Shown one piece after another: positions 22,291-34,200 of a DNA stretch of 248,000 nucleotides. This stretch comes from Hyalangium minutum (GTDB lineage Bacteria > Myxococcota > Myxococcia > Myxococcales > Myxococcaceae): NCBI RefSeq assembly GCF_000737315.1, contig NZ_JMCB01000008.1, forward strand, positions 20,001-268,000. The letters are read 5' to 3'. The notes beneath the pieces are model-generated. The model saw only the letters and a program-made list of their open reading frames with translations. It ran no database searches and was not told the origin of the DNA. Position 1 is the first letter of the stretch, and every line of letters starts with the position of its first letter. A program made the translations under genes and the position numbers.

Positions 22291-23463
22291 CTACTGGAGG
22301 GGAGGCAGCAACACGAACTCCCGAGCAGCCAGCCGGCGGTAATAGTACTGCTCCCGCCAGGGGTAACGCAGCTCTTCTGGCTTTAACAGCCCGGCCTCCA
22401 CCAGCGCATCCAACTTCTCGGGCAGCTCTCCCCGCTCCAGGCGGAACACCTCCAGCGCGGCCTCAATCCGCTTGACTTGGGCACGGGAGATGAAGCGCTC
22501 GGCCGCTGGGTCGGAGAACGTGGAGGCAGGCGTGCTGGCCAATGAGATGGCGCCCGAGAGCTGGGCCACCACGAAGAGGATGGCACCCAGGGCGGCCATG
22601 CTGGCGCTGAGGTTGCCGAGGCCCCGGCCCACCTTCTGGATGACGCCGTTGCGCTCGGTCGTGGTCCCCGCACCATCCGCCGAGGAGGGCTTGATGTACT
22701 GCAGGTTGATCAGGTTGAGCAGGGCCTTGCAGGTCTCGAACTCGCCCAGGCAGCAGATGTCGATCAGCTTCCGGACGTCGCGGCCCGGACCGACCTTCTC
22801 GTAGACGGCGCGCTCGGAGTCGCCCACGGACGCGAAGTCACCCTTGTTCTCGTCCTTCTTCTTCTCCGCGAACGCGTCATCGAAGGCCGCGTCGAAGTCC
22901 ACCTCTTGCTTGCGAGGGGGCGGCAGCGGCTTGAGCGTCTCGAAGGTCGTCTCGTACCGGTTGATCTTCTTTCGGATCACCGGCCATTCGTCGACCATCC
23001 GGAAGCCTTCCATCAGCACCGACTCGGCACGCAGGGGCGTAATGGCCTCCGAGTCGTTCTCGACGGGCTCCGCCTTGAACTCGTAGGTGCCCGCGTCCCA
23101 GCTGAAGAGGCGGTAGATGGTCTCCGTCGCCTGCAACTGCATCATCTTCTTGAAGCGGTCGGCGGTGATGGCGCCGCTGGAGACGAGCACGTCCCCGAGC
23201 CGCTTCAAGGTGCGGCGCTGTGTCTCCAGCGCCTCGTCGAGCTGAGCCTCGGTGATGATCTCGGCCCGGACGAGCATGCTGCCGATGAGGTCCTTCTTCT
23301 TACGGGTGACGCTCTCCACCCGGGCGATGTTGCCGTCCTTGAAGAAGATGTTGACCTCCTGCTCCTTGTTGGCCAGGCAGAGCTGCCCTGTCTTCTGCTG
23401 CTGGCCAATGAGCTGCAGGATGTCGGCGATTCCGAAGTCCTTGAGGGTTCCCTGAAGAGCCAT
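22291..23463 (-). CDS. DUF4388 domain protein
   Basis: MALQGTLKDFGIADILQL N-terminus. Confidence 0.8.
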   Translation of the reverse strand: MALQGTLKDFGIADILQLIGQQQKTGQLCLANKEQEVNIFFKDGNIARVESVTRKKKDLIGSMLVRAEIITEAQLDEALETQRRTLKRLGDVLVSSGAITADRFKKMMQLQATETIYRLFSWDAGTYEFKAEPVENDSEAITPLRAESVLMEGFRMVDEWPVIRKKINRYETTFETLKPLPPPRKQEVDFDAAFDDAFAEKKKDENKGDFASVGDSERAVYEKVGPGRDVRKLIDICCLGEFETCKALLNLINLQYIKPSSADGAGTTTERNGVIQKVGRGLGNLSASMAALGAILFVVAQLSGAISLASTPASTFSDPAAERFISRAQVKRIEAALEVFRLERGELPEKLDALVEAGLLKPEELRYPWREQYYYRRLAAREFVLLPPLQ

Positions 23464-23475
23464 GGTGTTTCGGCA

Positions 23476-25710
23476 CTACTCCGCCTGGCGCTTGCGCAGC
23501 CCGCGCAGCGTCAAGAGATAGAGAGGAAGGATCAGCAGCGCGGCCGGGAGGATCTTCAGATACACCGGAGCCTCGCCATACGGGGGTGGGAACAAGCCGT
23601 CACGCAAGAACACGACGGACAGGGCCAGCAGGAACAAGAAGCTGTAGATGGCCCCGCGGATGGGCAGCCCGGAGAAGATGTGGCCCGCTCCGGATATCAG
23701 TGCCCCGAGCGCCAGGGCCAACCGGCCCATCCACGTCTGGTGGCGCTGGACCTCGGCCTGCTTGCGGGCCCGGAGCTGCTCGGGCACCACGCCCTTGCGG
23801 GCGAAGACGTTGGTGCACTGGCTGCACATGAACGCGCCCCGGCCCAGCTCCGGATCGCAGCGGCGGCACACCGGACGGCCGCACTTGTCGCAGGACTTCG
23901 TCGCCACCAGCCGGTCCCGGGCGTAGCCCCACGCGAAGAAGATCAGCGCGAAGACGAAGGGGTACACGCGCGCGACCATGCCCGAGGCCCCCAGCAGCAC
24001 GCGATCGAGCTGGGTCTCCACACGCTCGCTGGAGGTCGAGCCATCCGCCAGGGCCAGAACCTCGCCCATGGGAAGCGTCGGAGACAGCAGGAGCAGGTTC
24101 ACCAGGAGGCGGTCGTCCTTGGGGAGATCCCGCTGCAGAAGGTCGGGATCCAGCCGCTGCGCCACATCCATGGTCTGCTTGGCGCGCTCCAGCGCGGCGC
24201 CCACCTGGGCATCCGGCAGCCCACGGGCCTGGTGCCGATAGAGCAGCGCCAGATTGTAGGGAGCGGCCGCGAGCGAGCCATCCGCCTGCTGCGCCTCCTG
24301 GTAGAGCCGCGTGGCGCCCTCCATGTCCTCGGCGGCCAGCAGCACGTTGCCGTAGTTGGTGAGCAGCAGGGCGTTGCGCTGCTTCAGGGCCGCCGCCGCC
24401 TTGTAGGCCGAGGCGGCCTCCTGGAGCTGCCCCCGGCGGGCCTGGTAGCGCCCGAGCGCGAACAGCTCCGCGAAGGTGGCCTCCTTGTTGGCCTGGCGCT
24501 CGAGCACCCGCGCCGCCGCGTCATCGCCGGTGAAGCCGCCGCGCTCCAGCAGGTACACGTCCTCGGCCACCGTGCCCGCGAAAGCGGTGACACCGGCCAG
24601 CTGGCCCGCGGCCAGAGGAATGGCCCCGACCAGCGCCAGCAGCACCGCCGCCACGGCGCGCTCGGTCACCGTCAGGTAGAGCGCCGTCGCCGCGAACAGC
24701 ACGAGCAGCACCGGCACCACCCCCAGCCCCAGCAGCAGCGGCGTGAGCAGCACCGCCGCCGCCACCGCGATGGACTGGATGCGGCCCAGCCCGCGCGGGA
24801 ACAGGTGGTGGAAGTCATGAAGGATGTAGCGCAGCCGCTTGCCGAAGAGCACGCCCACCACCGCCACCGCCGTGGCCAGCAGCGCCAGCAGCGCCATGGC
24901 CCCCACGTTCGCCAGCGCCGGCCGCCAGAAGCGAGGATCCTTCACCATCGCGCTGACGCCCGCTTGGACTTCGCCCACGTAGTTGCCCACGGCGCCCAGG
25001 TTGTTGCGCGCATAGGCATCCGCCAGCGCGAAGTGCGCGTACGGCAGGTTCGGCGAGAGCGACACCGCGGCCTCGGCCAGCTTGATGGCCCGGCCCGTGT
25101 CCTTGGCCTTGAGCTTCTCCTGAGACTCCCTCAGCAAGCTCACGCTGAAGGCGTCGAAATCGGTCGCGGACACCTCGTCTCGCAGCTGGAGCAGGGCCAT
25201 GCGCCCCTTCTCCGCCTCTGCCGCGTCTCCCTTCTGCCGGGACTCCTTCCAGCGATTCCAGACCAACAGCAGATCCGCGTCCGAGATGCGCGGCGCCAGC
25301 AGGGGCGGCGGAGGCGCCCGGGTCGGCTCGGGGGGCTTCGCGGGCGTGGCCGTGCCGGGCACTCCCGTTGGAGTCCCTTCCGGGCTTCCCGGTGCCGGGA
25401 CCGGGGTGGGAGAGGCGGGCGTGCCCGGCTTCTTCAGATCCGGCGGAGGCGGAGCCTCGGCCTCAGCGTCGGGGTCGGCCTCCTCTTCCTCGTCGCGCTG
25501 GGCCTTGGCGCCCTTGCCCTTCTTCTTCTTCTTGGGCGGCGGATCCTCATCCTCGTAGGCGGAGTCGTCCGAGTCGCTGTCCGAGCTGACGTCGGGATCC
25601 ACCTCCTGGAGAGGCGTGGGCGTGTCGATCTGCGCGTTCGCCCTCACGGCCGTGAGCAGCGAAAGGCAGAAGAGCACCGGGAGGAGACGAGAACAAAAGG
25701 AGTGAGGCAT
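23476..25710 (-). CDS. TPR-repeat membrane protein
   Basis: Signal peptide, TPR-like helices, TM block, CxxC..CxxC Zn knuckles. Confidence 0.65.
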   Translation of the reverse strand: MPHSFCSRLLPVLFCLSLLTAVRANAQIDTPTPLQEVDPDVSSDSDSDDSAYEDEDPPPKKKKKGKGAKAQRDEEEEADPDAEAEAPPPPDLKKPGTPASPTPVPAPGSPEGTPTGVPGTATPAKPPEPTRAPPPPLLAPRISDADLLLVWNRWKESRQKGDAAEAEKGRMALLQLRDEVSATDFDAFSVSLLRESQEKLKAKDTGRAIKLAEAAVSLSPNLPYAHFALADAYARNNLGAVGNYVGEVQAGVSAMVKDPRFWRPALANVGAMALLALLATAVAVVGVLFGKRLRYILHDFHHLFPRGLGRIQSIAVAAAVLLTPLLLGLGVVPVLLVLFAATALYLTVTERAVAAVLLALVGAIPLAAGQLAGVTAFAGTVAEDVYLLERGGFTGDDAAARVLERQANKEATFAELFALGRYQARRGQLQEAASAYKAAAALKQRNALLLTNYGNVLLAAEDMEGATRLYQEAQQADGSLAAAPYNLALLYRHQARGLPDAQVGAALERAKQTMDVAQRLDPDLLQRDLPKDDRLLVNLLLLSPTLPMGEVLALADGSTSSERVETQLDRVLLGASGMVARVYPFVFALIFFAWGYARDRLVATKSCDKCGRPVCRRCDPELGRGAFMCSQCTNVFARKGVVPEQLRARKQAEVQRHQTWMGRLALALGALISGAGHIFSGLPIRGAIYSFLFLLALSVVFLRDGLFPPPYGEAPVYLKILPAALLILPLYLLTLRGLRKRQAE

Positions 25711-25858
25711 CCGGACTTTCGATGATAGGCGAGGCCCCCGAACGGCGAAAGCAATCGCCCCCCTCCCGCCCCCTGGCTTACCGGGTAGGCGGCCATTTCC
25801 GGGGATCGAGCAGCCAAGCCCTGGCAGAGACCAGGCCGGTTCGGAGGTTGGTCCACAC

Positions 25859-27034
25859 ATGAGCGCAAGTGGGTCGGAGCTGGAACGGTTGGTGCGGATC
25901 ATGGAGCGCCTACGGGCCGATGGGGGCTGCCCCTGGGACCGGGAGCAGGACCTGCGCTCGATGCGCCCCTACCTCGTCGAGGAGACCTTCGAGGTGCTCG
26001 ATGAGATGGACCGGGTGGCCTACGGCGGGCCGTGGCGCTCGCTGTGCGAGGAGCTGGGAGATCTCCTCTTCCAGATCGTCTTCCACGCCCAGCTGGCGGC
26101 CGAGAAGGGCGAGTTCACCATGGCCGACGTCTGCCGCGCCATCAGCGACAAGATCGAGAGCCGCCACCCCCACGTCTTCGGCCAGCGCGAGGTGAAGGGC
26201 TCCGAGGAGGTCCTCTTCAACTGGGCCAAGCTCAAGGCCGAGGAGAAGAAGCGCAAGACGGGCCGGGAGGGCTCGGTGCTCGACGGCGTGCCCACCGCCG
26301 CCCCCGGCCTGCTGCGCGCCGAGCGCCTCACCGAGAAGGCCAGCCGCATCGGCTTCGACTGGCCGGACGTCGCGGGCGTGCGCGCCAAGCTCGACGAGGA
26401 GCTGCGCGAGCTGGACGAGGCCATTGCCTCCGGCAACCGGGACGAGCTCGAGCACGAGCTGGGCGATGTCCTCTTCTCCCTGGCCAACCTGGGCCGCTTC
26501 CTCAAGACGCCGCCCGAGGACGCCCTGCGCATGGCCATCCGCCGCTTCATCACCCGCTTCCAGCACATTGAATCCGCGCTGAAGGCCGAGGGCGTCCCCC
26601 TAGGTGAGGCCACATTGGAGCACATGGAGCGACACTGGCAGGCAGCCAAGAAGGCGGAGAAGGCCCTGCCGCCCCCCGCTTCCCTGCCCCGGGCGCCGCT
26701 CACCTCGCTGCGGTTCTCCGTGCCGGACGTGAAGGCGCAGAAGGCGTTCTGGGACACCGTGGCGCCGCTGATCGGCTGGCGAAGCGAGCGCGGCACTCCG
26801 GGCGAGGCCCACTACGGCGATGGGGCCCTGCGCCTGGAGTTCGCTCCAGGAGCGGGCTCGGGAGCCTCCGCAGGCGCTGCGCCCACGCTGTCCCTGGGGG
26901 CACCGTCTGATCGGGCGCTGAAGCGGCTCCGGGAGGCACTGGAGGCCTCGCACCCGGGGGCAGTACAGACGGCCGAGCCCTCACGGATCCGGTTCCGGGA
27001 CCCGGCCGGACTGCTCTGGGACTACACCGCGTAG
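25859..27034 (+). CDS. mazG: Nucleoside triphosphate pyrophosphohydrolase with C-terminal extension
   Basis: CPWDREQ, EELGD, RHPHVF, ELGD. Confidence 0.93.
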   Translation: MSASGSELERLVRIMERLRADGGCPWDREQDLRSMRPYLVEETFEVLDEMDRVAYGGPWRSLCEELGDLLFQIVFHAQLAAEKGEFTMADVCRAISDKIESRHPHVFGQREVKGSEEVLFNWAKLKAEEKKRKTGREGSVLDGVPTAAPGLLRAERLTEKASRIGFDWPDVAGVRAKLDEELRELDEAIASGNRDELEHELGDVLFSLANLGRFLKTPPEDALRMAIRRFITRFQHIESALKAEGVPLGEATLEHMERHWQAAKKAEKALPPPASLPRAPLTSLRFSVPDVKAQKAFWDTVAPLIGWRSERGTPGEAHYGDGALRLEFAPGAGSGASAGAAPTLSLGAPSDRALKRLREALEASHPGAVQTAEPSRIRFRDPAGLLWDYTA

Positions 27035-27114
27035 AACGAGCACCTTGACGCTCGGGGGACCTCGCTGTAGGTACGCCCCCCTCTTTTCAGGTTTCAGGAT
27101 TCCACAGCAGTCCG

Positions 27115-27402
27115 TTGGAGATTACCTTGGCGAACACCAAGTCCGCAGAGAAGCGTAACCGTCAGGCCCAGAAGCGCCGCGCTCGCAACACCACCGTGCG
27201 CACCACCGTCAAGACCGCCCTGAAGAAGGCCCGCGAGACCATCGCGACCAAGGACGCGGCGAAGACCCCGGACGCCCTGAAGGACGCCATCCGCACGCTG
27301 AACAAGGCCGCCTCCAAGGGCGTGATTCACCCGCGCAACGCCTCGCGCCGCATCGCCCGCCTGACCAAGGCCGCCCAGGCCTCCAAGGCCGCGACCAAGT
27401 AA
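27115..27402 (+). CDS. rpsT: 30S ribosomal protein S20 (start may be TTG at 27127)
   Basis: ANTKSAEKR, KGVIHPRNASRR. Confidence 0.97.
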   Translation: MEITLANTKSAEKRNRQAQKRRARNTTVRTTVKTALKKARETIATKDAAKTPDALKDAIRTLNKAASKGVIHPRNASRRIARLTKAAQASKAATK

Positions 27403-27448
27403 TCCTGCCGCTGTCCTGTGCTGCTCCGAAGCGCTCCTCGCGGGCGCT

Positions 27449-27964
27449 TCACCAGTTGCGGGCCAGCCGCTCGTAGGCCTCGCGCATCAGCGTCTCCGAG
27501 AGACGGTGGAGCGCGGCCTGGCGGTTGGCCTCGGCTTCCAGCACATCACCGCTGCCCGGGAGGTAGTCCTCCGTGCCGGACACGCTCGTGTCCGCGAGGA
27601 CTTGCTCGCCCTTGAGCAGCCGGAGGCGCACCTCCGCGAAGGCCCGGTAGCTGGCCAGCTGCGCCGGCGTCTCCGGTGTGGGCTCGGTGACGATCGTCGG
27701 CGAGCTGTTCACGTTCGTCACCACCCCTTCGAGGCGGGCCTCGCAGATGCCCCCATCCCCCAGTGTCCCCACGCGCAGCAGTTCCTGGCGCATCGCCTGG
27801 GTGAAGAGCGTCTCCAGGCCCGGCTCGGGGGTCTCGTTCTGGAAGACGGGGGCGCAGACGGAGCGCACGCCCTCGGGCAGCGTCGTCTCGCGAGGCACGA
27901 AGCGGTAGCCGCACCCCAGTCCCGCCACGAGCACCGCCGCCAGCGCCACACAGAGCCGAGCCAT
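27449..27964 (-). CDS. lptE: LPS assembly lipoprotein
   Basis: Lipobox GLGCGYRF; leuS-lptE synteny. Confidence 0.8.
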   Translation of the reverse strand: MARLCVALAAVLVAGLGCGYRFVPRETTLPEGVRSVCAPVFQNETPEPGLETLFTQAMRQELLRVGTLGDGGICEARLEGVVTNVNSSPTIVTEPTPETPAQLASYRAFAEVRLRLLKGEQVLADTSVSGTEDYLPGSGDVLEAEANRQAALHRLSETLMREAYERLARNW

Positions 27965-28013
27965 GGCGCTCACAGTATCGGGCTGCGATCGCCGGTCAAG
28001 CGCCCGAGCCCAC

Positions 28014-28568
28014 CTAGCGCTCTGGGCCCTGGACGGAGATACCGCGCGAGGCCAGCGCCTGCGTGGCCTCGGTCCAAGCCTTGTCCAGCGCGCGCCACCG
28101 CCGGGAGCCGGGCCACAGCGCGTCCAGAAACCACCGGAGCTCCTGGCCCTCACGCGTGCGCACCACAAGGCGGCAATTGCTCAGAACGTAGATGGGGAGC
28201 CCCAAGCACAGCACGAGCACTCCGAGCCAGAGCAAGGACGGCCGCACCCAGTACAGGACGACGAGGTTCGCCACCGCGAGGGGCAGAAAGTACATGTTCG
28301 ATCGACGCTGCAGCCGCACCGTCTCGATCCGCGCGAGCTCCAGGGTCACGGGAGCCGCGCGAGGGCCCGCCTGATAGAGCAGAGCGTTCCCCACGCCCGC
28401 GATGGAGCGGCCGGCGCGGCCCTCGAGCCGAAGGAAGGCCGCATCCGGTGGGGAGCCCCCGGGCATGGGGGCATCCGGCAGCGGCTCGCCGCACACCGCA
28501 CACGGGCCCCGGCGGGCCGGCTGCGGCCTCCGGCACCTCGTACACATGACGAGGACCTCGGTCGGCAC
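28014..28568 (-). CDS. Hypothetical Zn-ribbon membrane protein
   Basis: CxxC...CxxC, two TM helices. Confidence 0.5.
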   Translation of the reverse strand: MPTEVLVMCTRCRRPQPARRGPCAVCGEPLPDAPMPGGSPPDAAFLRLEGRAGRSIAGVGNALLYQAGPRAAPVTLELARIETVRLQRRSNMYFLPLAVANLVVLYWVRPSLLWLGVLVLCLGLPIYVLSNCRLVVRTREGQELRWFLDALWPGSRRWRALDKAWTEATQALASRGISVQGPER

Positions 28569-28583
28569 CGGGGCTCCCTCCGA

Positions 28584-31082
28584 TCAGCCGACGACGAAGT
28601 TCACCAGCCGCTTCGGGACGAAGACGAACTTGCGCAGCGTCTTGCCCGCCATGGCCGCCTTGACCCGCTCGTCCGCCTCGGCGGCGGCGCGCACCGCCGC
28701 CTCGTCCGCGTCCACGGGCACCTTGATCTCCGCGCGCAGCTTGCCGTTGACCTGCACCGCGTAGGGGATCTCGTCATCCACCACGAGCGCCGGATCAAAC
28801 GCCGGCCACTCCTGGTTCACGAGGAGCACCTTGGAGCCGTAGGCCTCGGCCAGCTCGTCGGCGATGTGCGGGGCGAACGGCGTGAGCATCACCGCCAGCA
28901 GCCGGATGGCCTCGGCCATGGCTGCCTTCTCCGCCGGCGTCTCGACCGTGCCCACCCCGTAGAGCACATTGATGTACTCCATGACGCCCGCGATGGCGGT
29001 GTTGAAGGACAGGCGCTCGATGGCCTCCCCCACCCGCTTCAGCGTCTTGTGCGCGGCGCGGCGGATCTCCAGCGCCTTGCCCTCGTACGTCCCGGAGTGC
29101 GTGGAGCCCACGACGCCCTCGTGCGTGGCGGCCAGCGTCCACACGCGCTTGAGGAAGCGGAAGGCGCCCTCCACCTGGGCATCGGACCAGTCGAAGTCGC
29201 GCTCGGGCGGGCCCGCGAAGAGCACATAGGTGCGCGCCGTGTCCGCGCCGTACTTCCTCACGATGGACGCCGGTGCCACCGAGTTGCCCCAGCGCTTGGA
29301 CATCTTCCGGCCGTCCGGGCCGTTCACGATGCCCTGCGTGACGAGGCGCGTGACGGGCTCGTCCACCGGCGACAAGCCCAGCTCCTTCATCACCCGCGTC
29401 CAGAAGCGGAAGTACAGCAGGTGCATCACCGCGTGCTCGGGGCCACCCACGTAGACGTCCACCGGGAGCCAGCGCTTGGCCTCGGCCGGATCGAACGGCG
29501 CCGCGTCGTAGTGCGGCGACAGGTAGCGCGCGAAGTACCAGCAGGAGTCGACGAACGTGTCCATCGTCTCCGCCTCGCGCCGGGCCGGACCACCGCACTT
29601 GGGGCACGTGGTGTTCACCCACGAGGCCACCTTGGCCAGCGGCGGCTCACCCTTACCGGTGAGCACTGCCTGGGTGTCGATCTCCGGCAGGCGCACCGGC
29701 AGCTGATCCACCGGTACGGGAATGCCGCGGCGCTCCGGATCGCACTTCTCGCAGTAGACGATGGGGATGGGCGTGCCCCAGTAGCGCTGGCGGCTGAAGC
29801 CCCAGTCCTTCTGGCGGTACGTGATGGTGAACTTGCCGCGGCCCTCGGCCTCCAGCTTCGCCGCCATCTTCCGGCGCGCCTCCTCCGAGGTGAGCCCGGT
29901 GTACTCGCCCGAGTCCACCAGCACGCCGTACTCCGTAGAGGCCGCCTCCAGCTTGTCTCCCTCGGGCAGCTTGTCGCCCTTGGCCGGCTGGATGACGACC
30001 TGGATGGGCAGGCTGTACTTGCGAGCGAACTCGAAGTCGCGCGCGTCATGGGCCGGCACACTCATGACCGCGCCCGTGCCGTAGTCGGACAGCACGAAGT
30101 TGGCGATCCAGATGGGCACCGGCTGGCCGGTGAACGGGTTGAGCGCGTACGCGCCCGTGAAGACGCCCTCCTTCGTGGCGCCCTCGGCGGTGCGGTCCGT
30201 CTTGCTGATGGCCGCCATCTTCGCCACGAAGGCATCCACCTCGGCGCGGCGCTCGGGCGTCGTCACCTTGGCCACCAGCTTGTGGTCCGGCGCCAGCACC
30301 ACGTACGTGCAGCCGTAGATGGTGTCGATGCGCGTGGTGAAGACGCGGATCTTCTCCTCGCTGCCCTTCACCGTGAAGTCGGCCTCGGCGCCCTCGGAGC
30401 GGCCGATCCAGTTGCGCTGCATGCTGGTGATGCGCTCGGGCCACTCCTTCAGCTCATCCAGCCCGTCCAGCAGCGCCTGCGAGTACTTCGTGATGCGGAA
30501 CGCCCACTCGGGCATCTCCTTGTCCAGCACCGGCGAGTCACAGCGCTCGCACACGCCCTCCTTCACCTGCTCGTTGGCGATGACGGTGAGGCAGCCGGTG
30601 CACCAGTTCACCTTGCTGAAGCGGCGGTACACCAGTCCGCGCCCCAGCATCTGGATGAAGAACCACTGGTTCCACCGGTAGTACTCGGGCTGGCTGGTGT
30701 TGACCTCGCGCGTCCAGTCGTAGCTGTAGCCCAGCGAGCGGATCTCCGCCTTGAACGAGTCGATGTTCTCCTGCGTCCGCACCGCCGGGTGCACGCCGTC
30801 CTTGATGGCCGCGTTCTCCGCCGGAAGCCCGAACGCGTCCCACCCCATGGGGTGCAGCACGTCGTAACCCTTCATCCGGAAGTAGCGCGCGTACACGTCC
30901 CCGATGAGGTAGTTGCGCACGTGCCCCATGTGCATCTTCCCGCTGGGGTACGGCAGCATCTCGAGGATGTACTTCTTGGGAGCTCCCGGCCGCGTGCCCG
31001 CACGGAACACGCCCTCCTGCTCCCAACGGATCTGCCACTTTCCTTCGATCGTCTGCGGCTCGTAGCGCTCGTTCATCGCCAT
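28584..31082 (-). CDS. leuS: Leucyl-tRNA synthetase
   Basis: HMGH, KMSK. Confidence 0.98.
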   Translation of the reverse strand: MAMNERYEPQTIEGKWQIRWEQEGVFRAGTRPGAPKKYILEMLPYPSGKMHMGHVRNYLIGDVYARYFRMKGYDVLHPMGWDAFGLPAENAAIKDGVHPAVRTQENIDSFKAEIRSLGYSYDWTREVNTSQPEYYRWNQWFFIQMLGRGLVYRRFSKVNWCTGCLTVIANEQVKEGVCERCDSPVLDKEMPEWAFRITKYSQALLDGLDELKEWPERITSMQRNWIGRSEGAEADFTVKGSEEKIRVFTTRIDTIYGCTYVVLAPDHKLVAKVTTPERRAEVDAFVAKMAAISKTDRTAEGATKEGVFTGAYALNPFTGQPVPIWIANFVLSDYGTGAVMSVPAHDARDFEFARKYSLPIQVVIQPAKGDKLPEGDKLEAASTEYGVLVDSGEYTGLTSEEARRKMAAKLEAEGRGKFTITYRQKDWGFSRQRYWGTPIPIVYCEKCDPERRGIPVPVDQLPVRLPEIDTQAVLTGKGEPPLAKVASWVNTTCPKCGGPARREAETMDTFVDSCWYFARYLSPHYDAAPFDPAEAKRWLPVDVYVGGPEHAVMHLLYFRFWTRVMKELGLSPVDEPVTRLVTQGIVNGPDGRKMSKRWGNSVAPASIVRKYGADTARTYVLFAGPPERDFDWSDAQVEGAFRFLKRVWTLAATHEGVVGSTHSGTYEGKALEIRRAAHKTLKRVGEAIERLSFNTAIAGVMEYINVLYGVGTVETPAEKAAMAEAIRLLAVMLTPFAPHIADELAEAYGSKVLLVNQEWPAFDPALVVDDEIPYAVQVNGKLRAEIKVPVDADEAAVRAAAEADERVKAAMAGKTLRKFVFVPKRLVNFVVG

Positions 31083-31281
31083 AGGTCGGTGCGCCTCTTA
31101 CGAGACGCCCGCTCGTGACGCAACAGGCTGCGCCCTCTGGAACCGAGGGAAACTCCTACATCGGTCCCTTACAGCCTTCATGAACTTTTCGCTTGCCACT
31201 GTTCATCCTGGGAGTCATGATTTCCCTGTACCCAGAGCAATCAGGACCTGTCGGGGGTCCTTGCGCACCACGGGGGAATCG

Positions 31282-34200
31282 ATGACATCCAGGGTTAGTT
31301 GGGGAGCAGTTCTGCTGTCCGCGGCGATGACGGTGACGGGATGTGGCGAGGAGCCTTCCGAACTGTCCGCCGTACCAGAGGCCGAGGCCACCACGGTGGC
31401 CACTCACACGGCCATCCAGGCGCTGGCCAGCACCGACAAGGTGCTCATCCTGGGCAGCAGCGTGAGCGGCGGAGCGCAGAGCCGCGAGGCGCAGGCGGTG
31501 GCGGCGCTGTCGCCCAGCACGCAGGTTGACGTGGTGTCGGCGGAGCAGTGGCGGGCGATGACGGCCCAGCAGTTCATGTCGTATCGGGCGATCATCATCG
31601 GCGATGCGGCCTGCCAGAGCGGCACGGCGGCGTTCCAGGCGGCGGTGGACACCCGCAACGTCTGGGGCCCGATGATCGACGGCACCGTGGCGCTGGCCAG
31701 CACCAACCTGTCCAGCAACGGCACGCCGCACATGCTGGAGAACGCCATCGCGTTCGCGCTGGACTCGCCGCAGCAGCGCACGGGCATGTACGTCTCGCTG
31801 GGCTGCGCCTACCAGAGCGCCGCACCCAACACGGCGGTGCAGCTGCTCGAGCCGCTCGGCGTCTTCAAGGTGTCGGGCCTGCAGGCCTGCGCCAACGCCG
31901 GCCACATCTTCGAGATGAACACCGGCATCATGACCCGGAACCTCTCGGACTCGCAGCTGTCGTCCAGCGGGTGCGTGGCGCGCTCGGTGTTCACCCAGTA
32001 CCCCGACCGCAACTTCTCCTTCGTGGCGGTGGCGCGGAACACCTCCGGCGCTTCGCTGCCGGGCCAGCAGTCCTACACGGACTACATGGAGAACCCGGAG
32101 CAGGAGACGAGCTACAACGGCACGCCGTACCTGCTCGTGCGCGGGGCGTCGACCCTGAGCGCCGGCTGCGGCCTGTCGGACTACTCGCCTGCCGGTGAGG
32201 AGTGCGACATGGGCGACGGGTGGAACGGGCAGGCCGCGGTGCAGGGCCAGAACCCGCTCGATACCTGCTCGTACACGTGCCGCAACAACTGGTGCGGCGA
32301 TGGCGTGGTGGACGCGAACTTCGGTGAGGAGTGCGACAACGGCAACCAGAACGGCCGCTTGCTCAGCTCCGCCGGCGCCCTGGGCAACTGCTCTTCGGCC
32401 TGCAAGCTGATTGGCCCTTCCTCGCCGCCACCGAGCAACCCGCCCGTGGCGCGCTGCAAGGACGCGGTGGTGTCGGCCGGGTACACCTGCGGCGTGTACG
32501 CGAGCGTCGACAACGGCTCCTACGACCCGGACAATGACCTGGTGTCGTGCACGCAGAGCCCGGACAGCGTGTACGGCCTGGGCACCACGGCGGTGACGCT
32601 GACCTGCCGCGATGCCCAGAGCCACGTGTCCACGTGCAACGCCACGGTGACGGTGGTGGACAACACGCCGCCGGTGGTGACGCTCAACGGCTCCGCCAGC
32701 CACACGCTGGAGTGCAACCGGAACCTCGTGTACCCGGATCAGGGTGCCACCGGTCAGGACGCCTGCTCGGGCGCCCTGCCGACGGTGCGCTCGGGTGTGG
32801 TGAACATGGCCCAGGCCAGCACCTACAGCCTGACCTATACCGCGACGGACGGGTCTGGCAACCAGGGCTCGGCCACGCGCAGCGTCACCGTGGCGGACAC
32901 GCTGGCGCCGACCCTGACGCTGCTGGGCGCGGCTTCGGTGACCGCGGAGTGCGGCACTGCGTTCAATGACCCCGGGGCCGCGGTCTCGGATCAGTGCGTG
33001 AACAGCATCTCGGCCACGCGGTCCGGCGCGCTGAACCTCTCGGCGCCTGGCGCCTACACGCTGCGCTACGACGCGCGGGACCCGTCGAACAACGCGGCGG
33101 CGTTCAAGACCCGCACCGTGACCGTGAGGGACACGCTCAAGCCCACGGTGACCGTGCAGGGTGCCCTGAACCAGGCGGTGGAGTGCGGCAGCGCCTACAC
33201 GGACCCGGGTGCCACGGTGCAGGACCAGTGCGCGACCTCCCTGGCGGCGACGGCGACGGGCTCGGTCAATGCCTCGCAGCCGGGCACCTACACCCTGAGC
33301 TACCGGGCGGTGGATCCGTCCGGCAACGTGGGCACGGCCACCTCTTCTCGCACGGTGACGGTGAGCGACACGCTGGCGCCCGCCCTGACGCTCAACGGCC
33401 CGGCCTCGCTGCAGCTCGAGTGCGCCACCCCCTACACGGATCTGGGCGCCACGGCGCAGGACCTGTGCGCGGGTTCGGTGGCCGTCACGTCGACCGGCTC
33501 GGTGAACAACCGGCAGCTGGGTCCCCAGACGATCAGCTACAGCGCGAACGACGGCCGCGGCCACACCGCCTCGGCGACGCGCACGGTCACCGTCGCCGAC
33601 ACCCGGGCGCCGGCCATCACCGTGCAGGGCTCGCTCAACACCACGTATGAGTGCGGCTCCACGTATGTGGATCTGGGCGCCACGGCCTCGGACGCCTGCG
33701 CGGGCTCGGTGCCGGTCACCGCGACGCAGACGAGCAACCCGAACCAGCCGGGCAGCTTCACCATCACCTACTCGGCGGTGGACCCGTCCGGAAACTCGGC
33801 CACCTCGACCGCCACCCGCACGGTGTCGGTGAACGACAGCGCTCCGCCCACCCTGGTGCTCAACGGCCCGGCCACCCAGTCTCTGGAGTGCGGCTCCTCC
33901 TACGAGGACCCCGGCGCCCTGGCTCAGGATGCGTGCTTCGGCGATGTCACGGCCCGCATCACGCGGAGCGGCTCGGTGAACGCCAGCGCCCCGGGCACCT
34001 ACGCGCTCACCTACAACGTGACGGATCCCGCGGGCCAGGCCGCTCCGTCGGTCAGCCGCACGGTGAACGTCAGCGACACGCTGGCGCCGACCCTGACGGT
34101 GCAGGGCTCGCTCAACGCGCAGGTCGAGTGTGGCACGGCGTACAACGATGCGGGCGCCACGGCCTCGGACGTCTGCGCCGGGAACCTGAACTCCGCCATC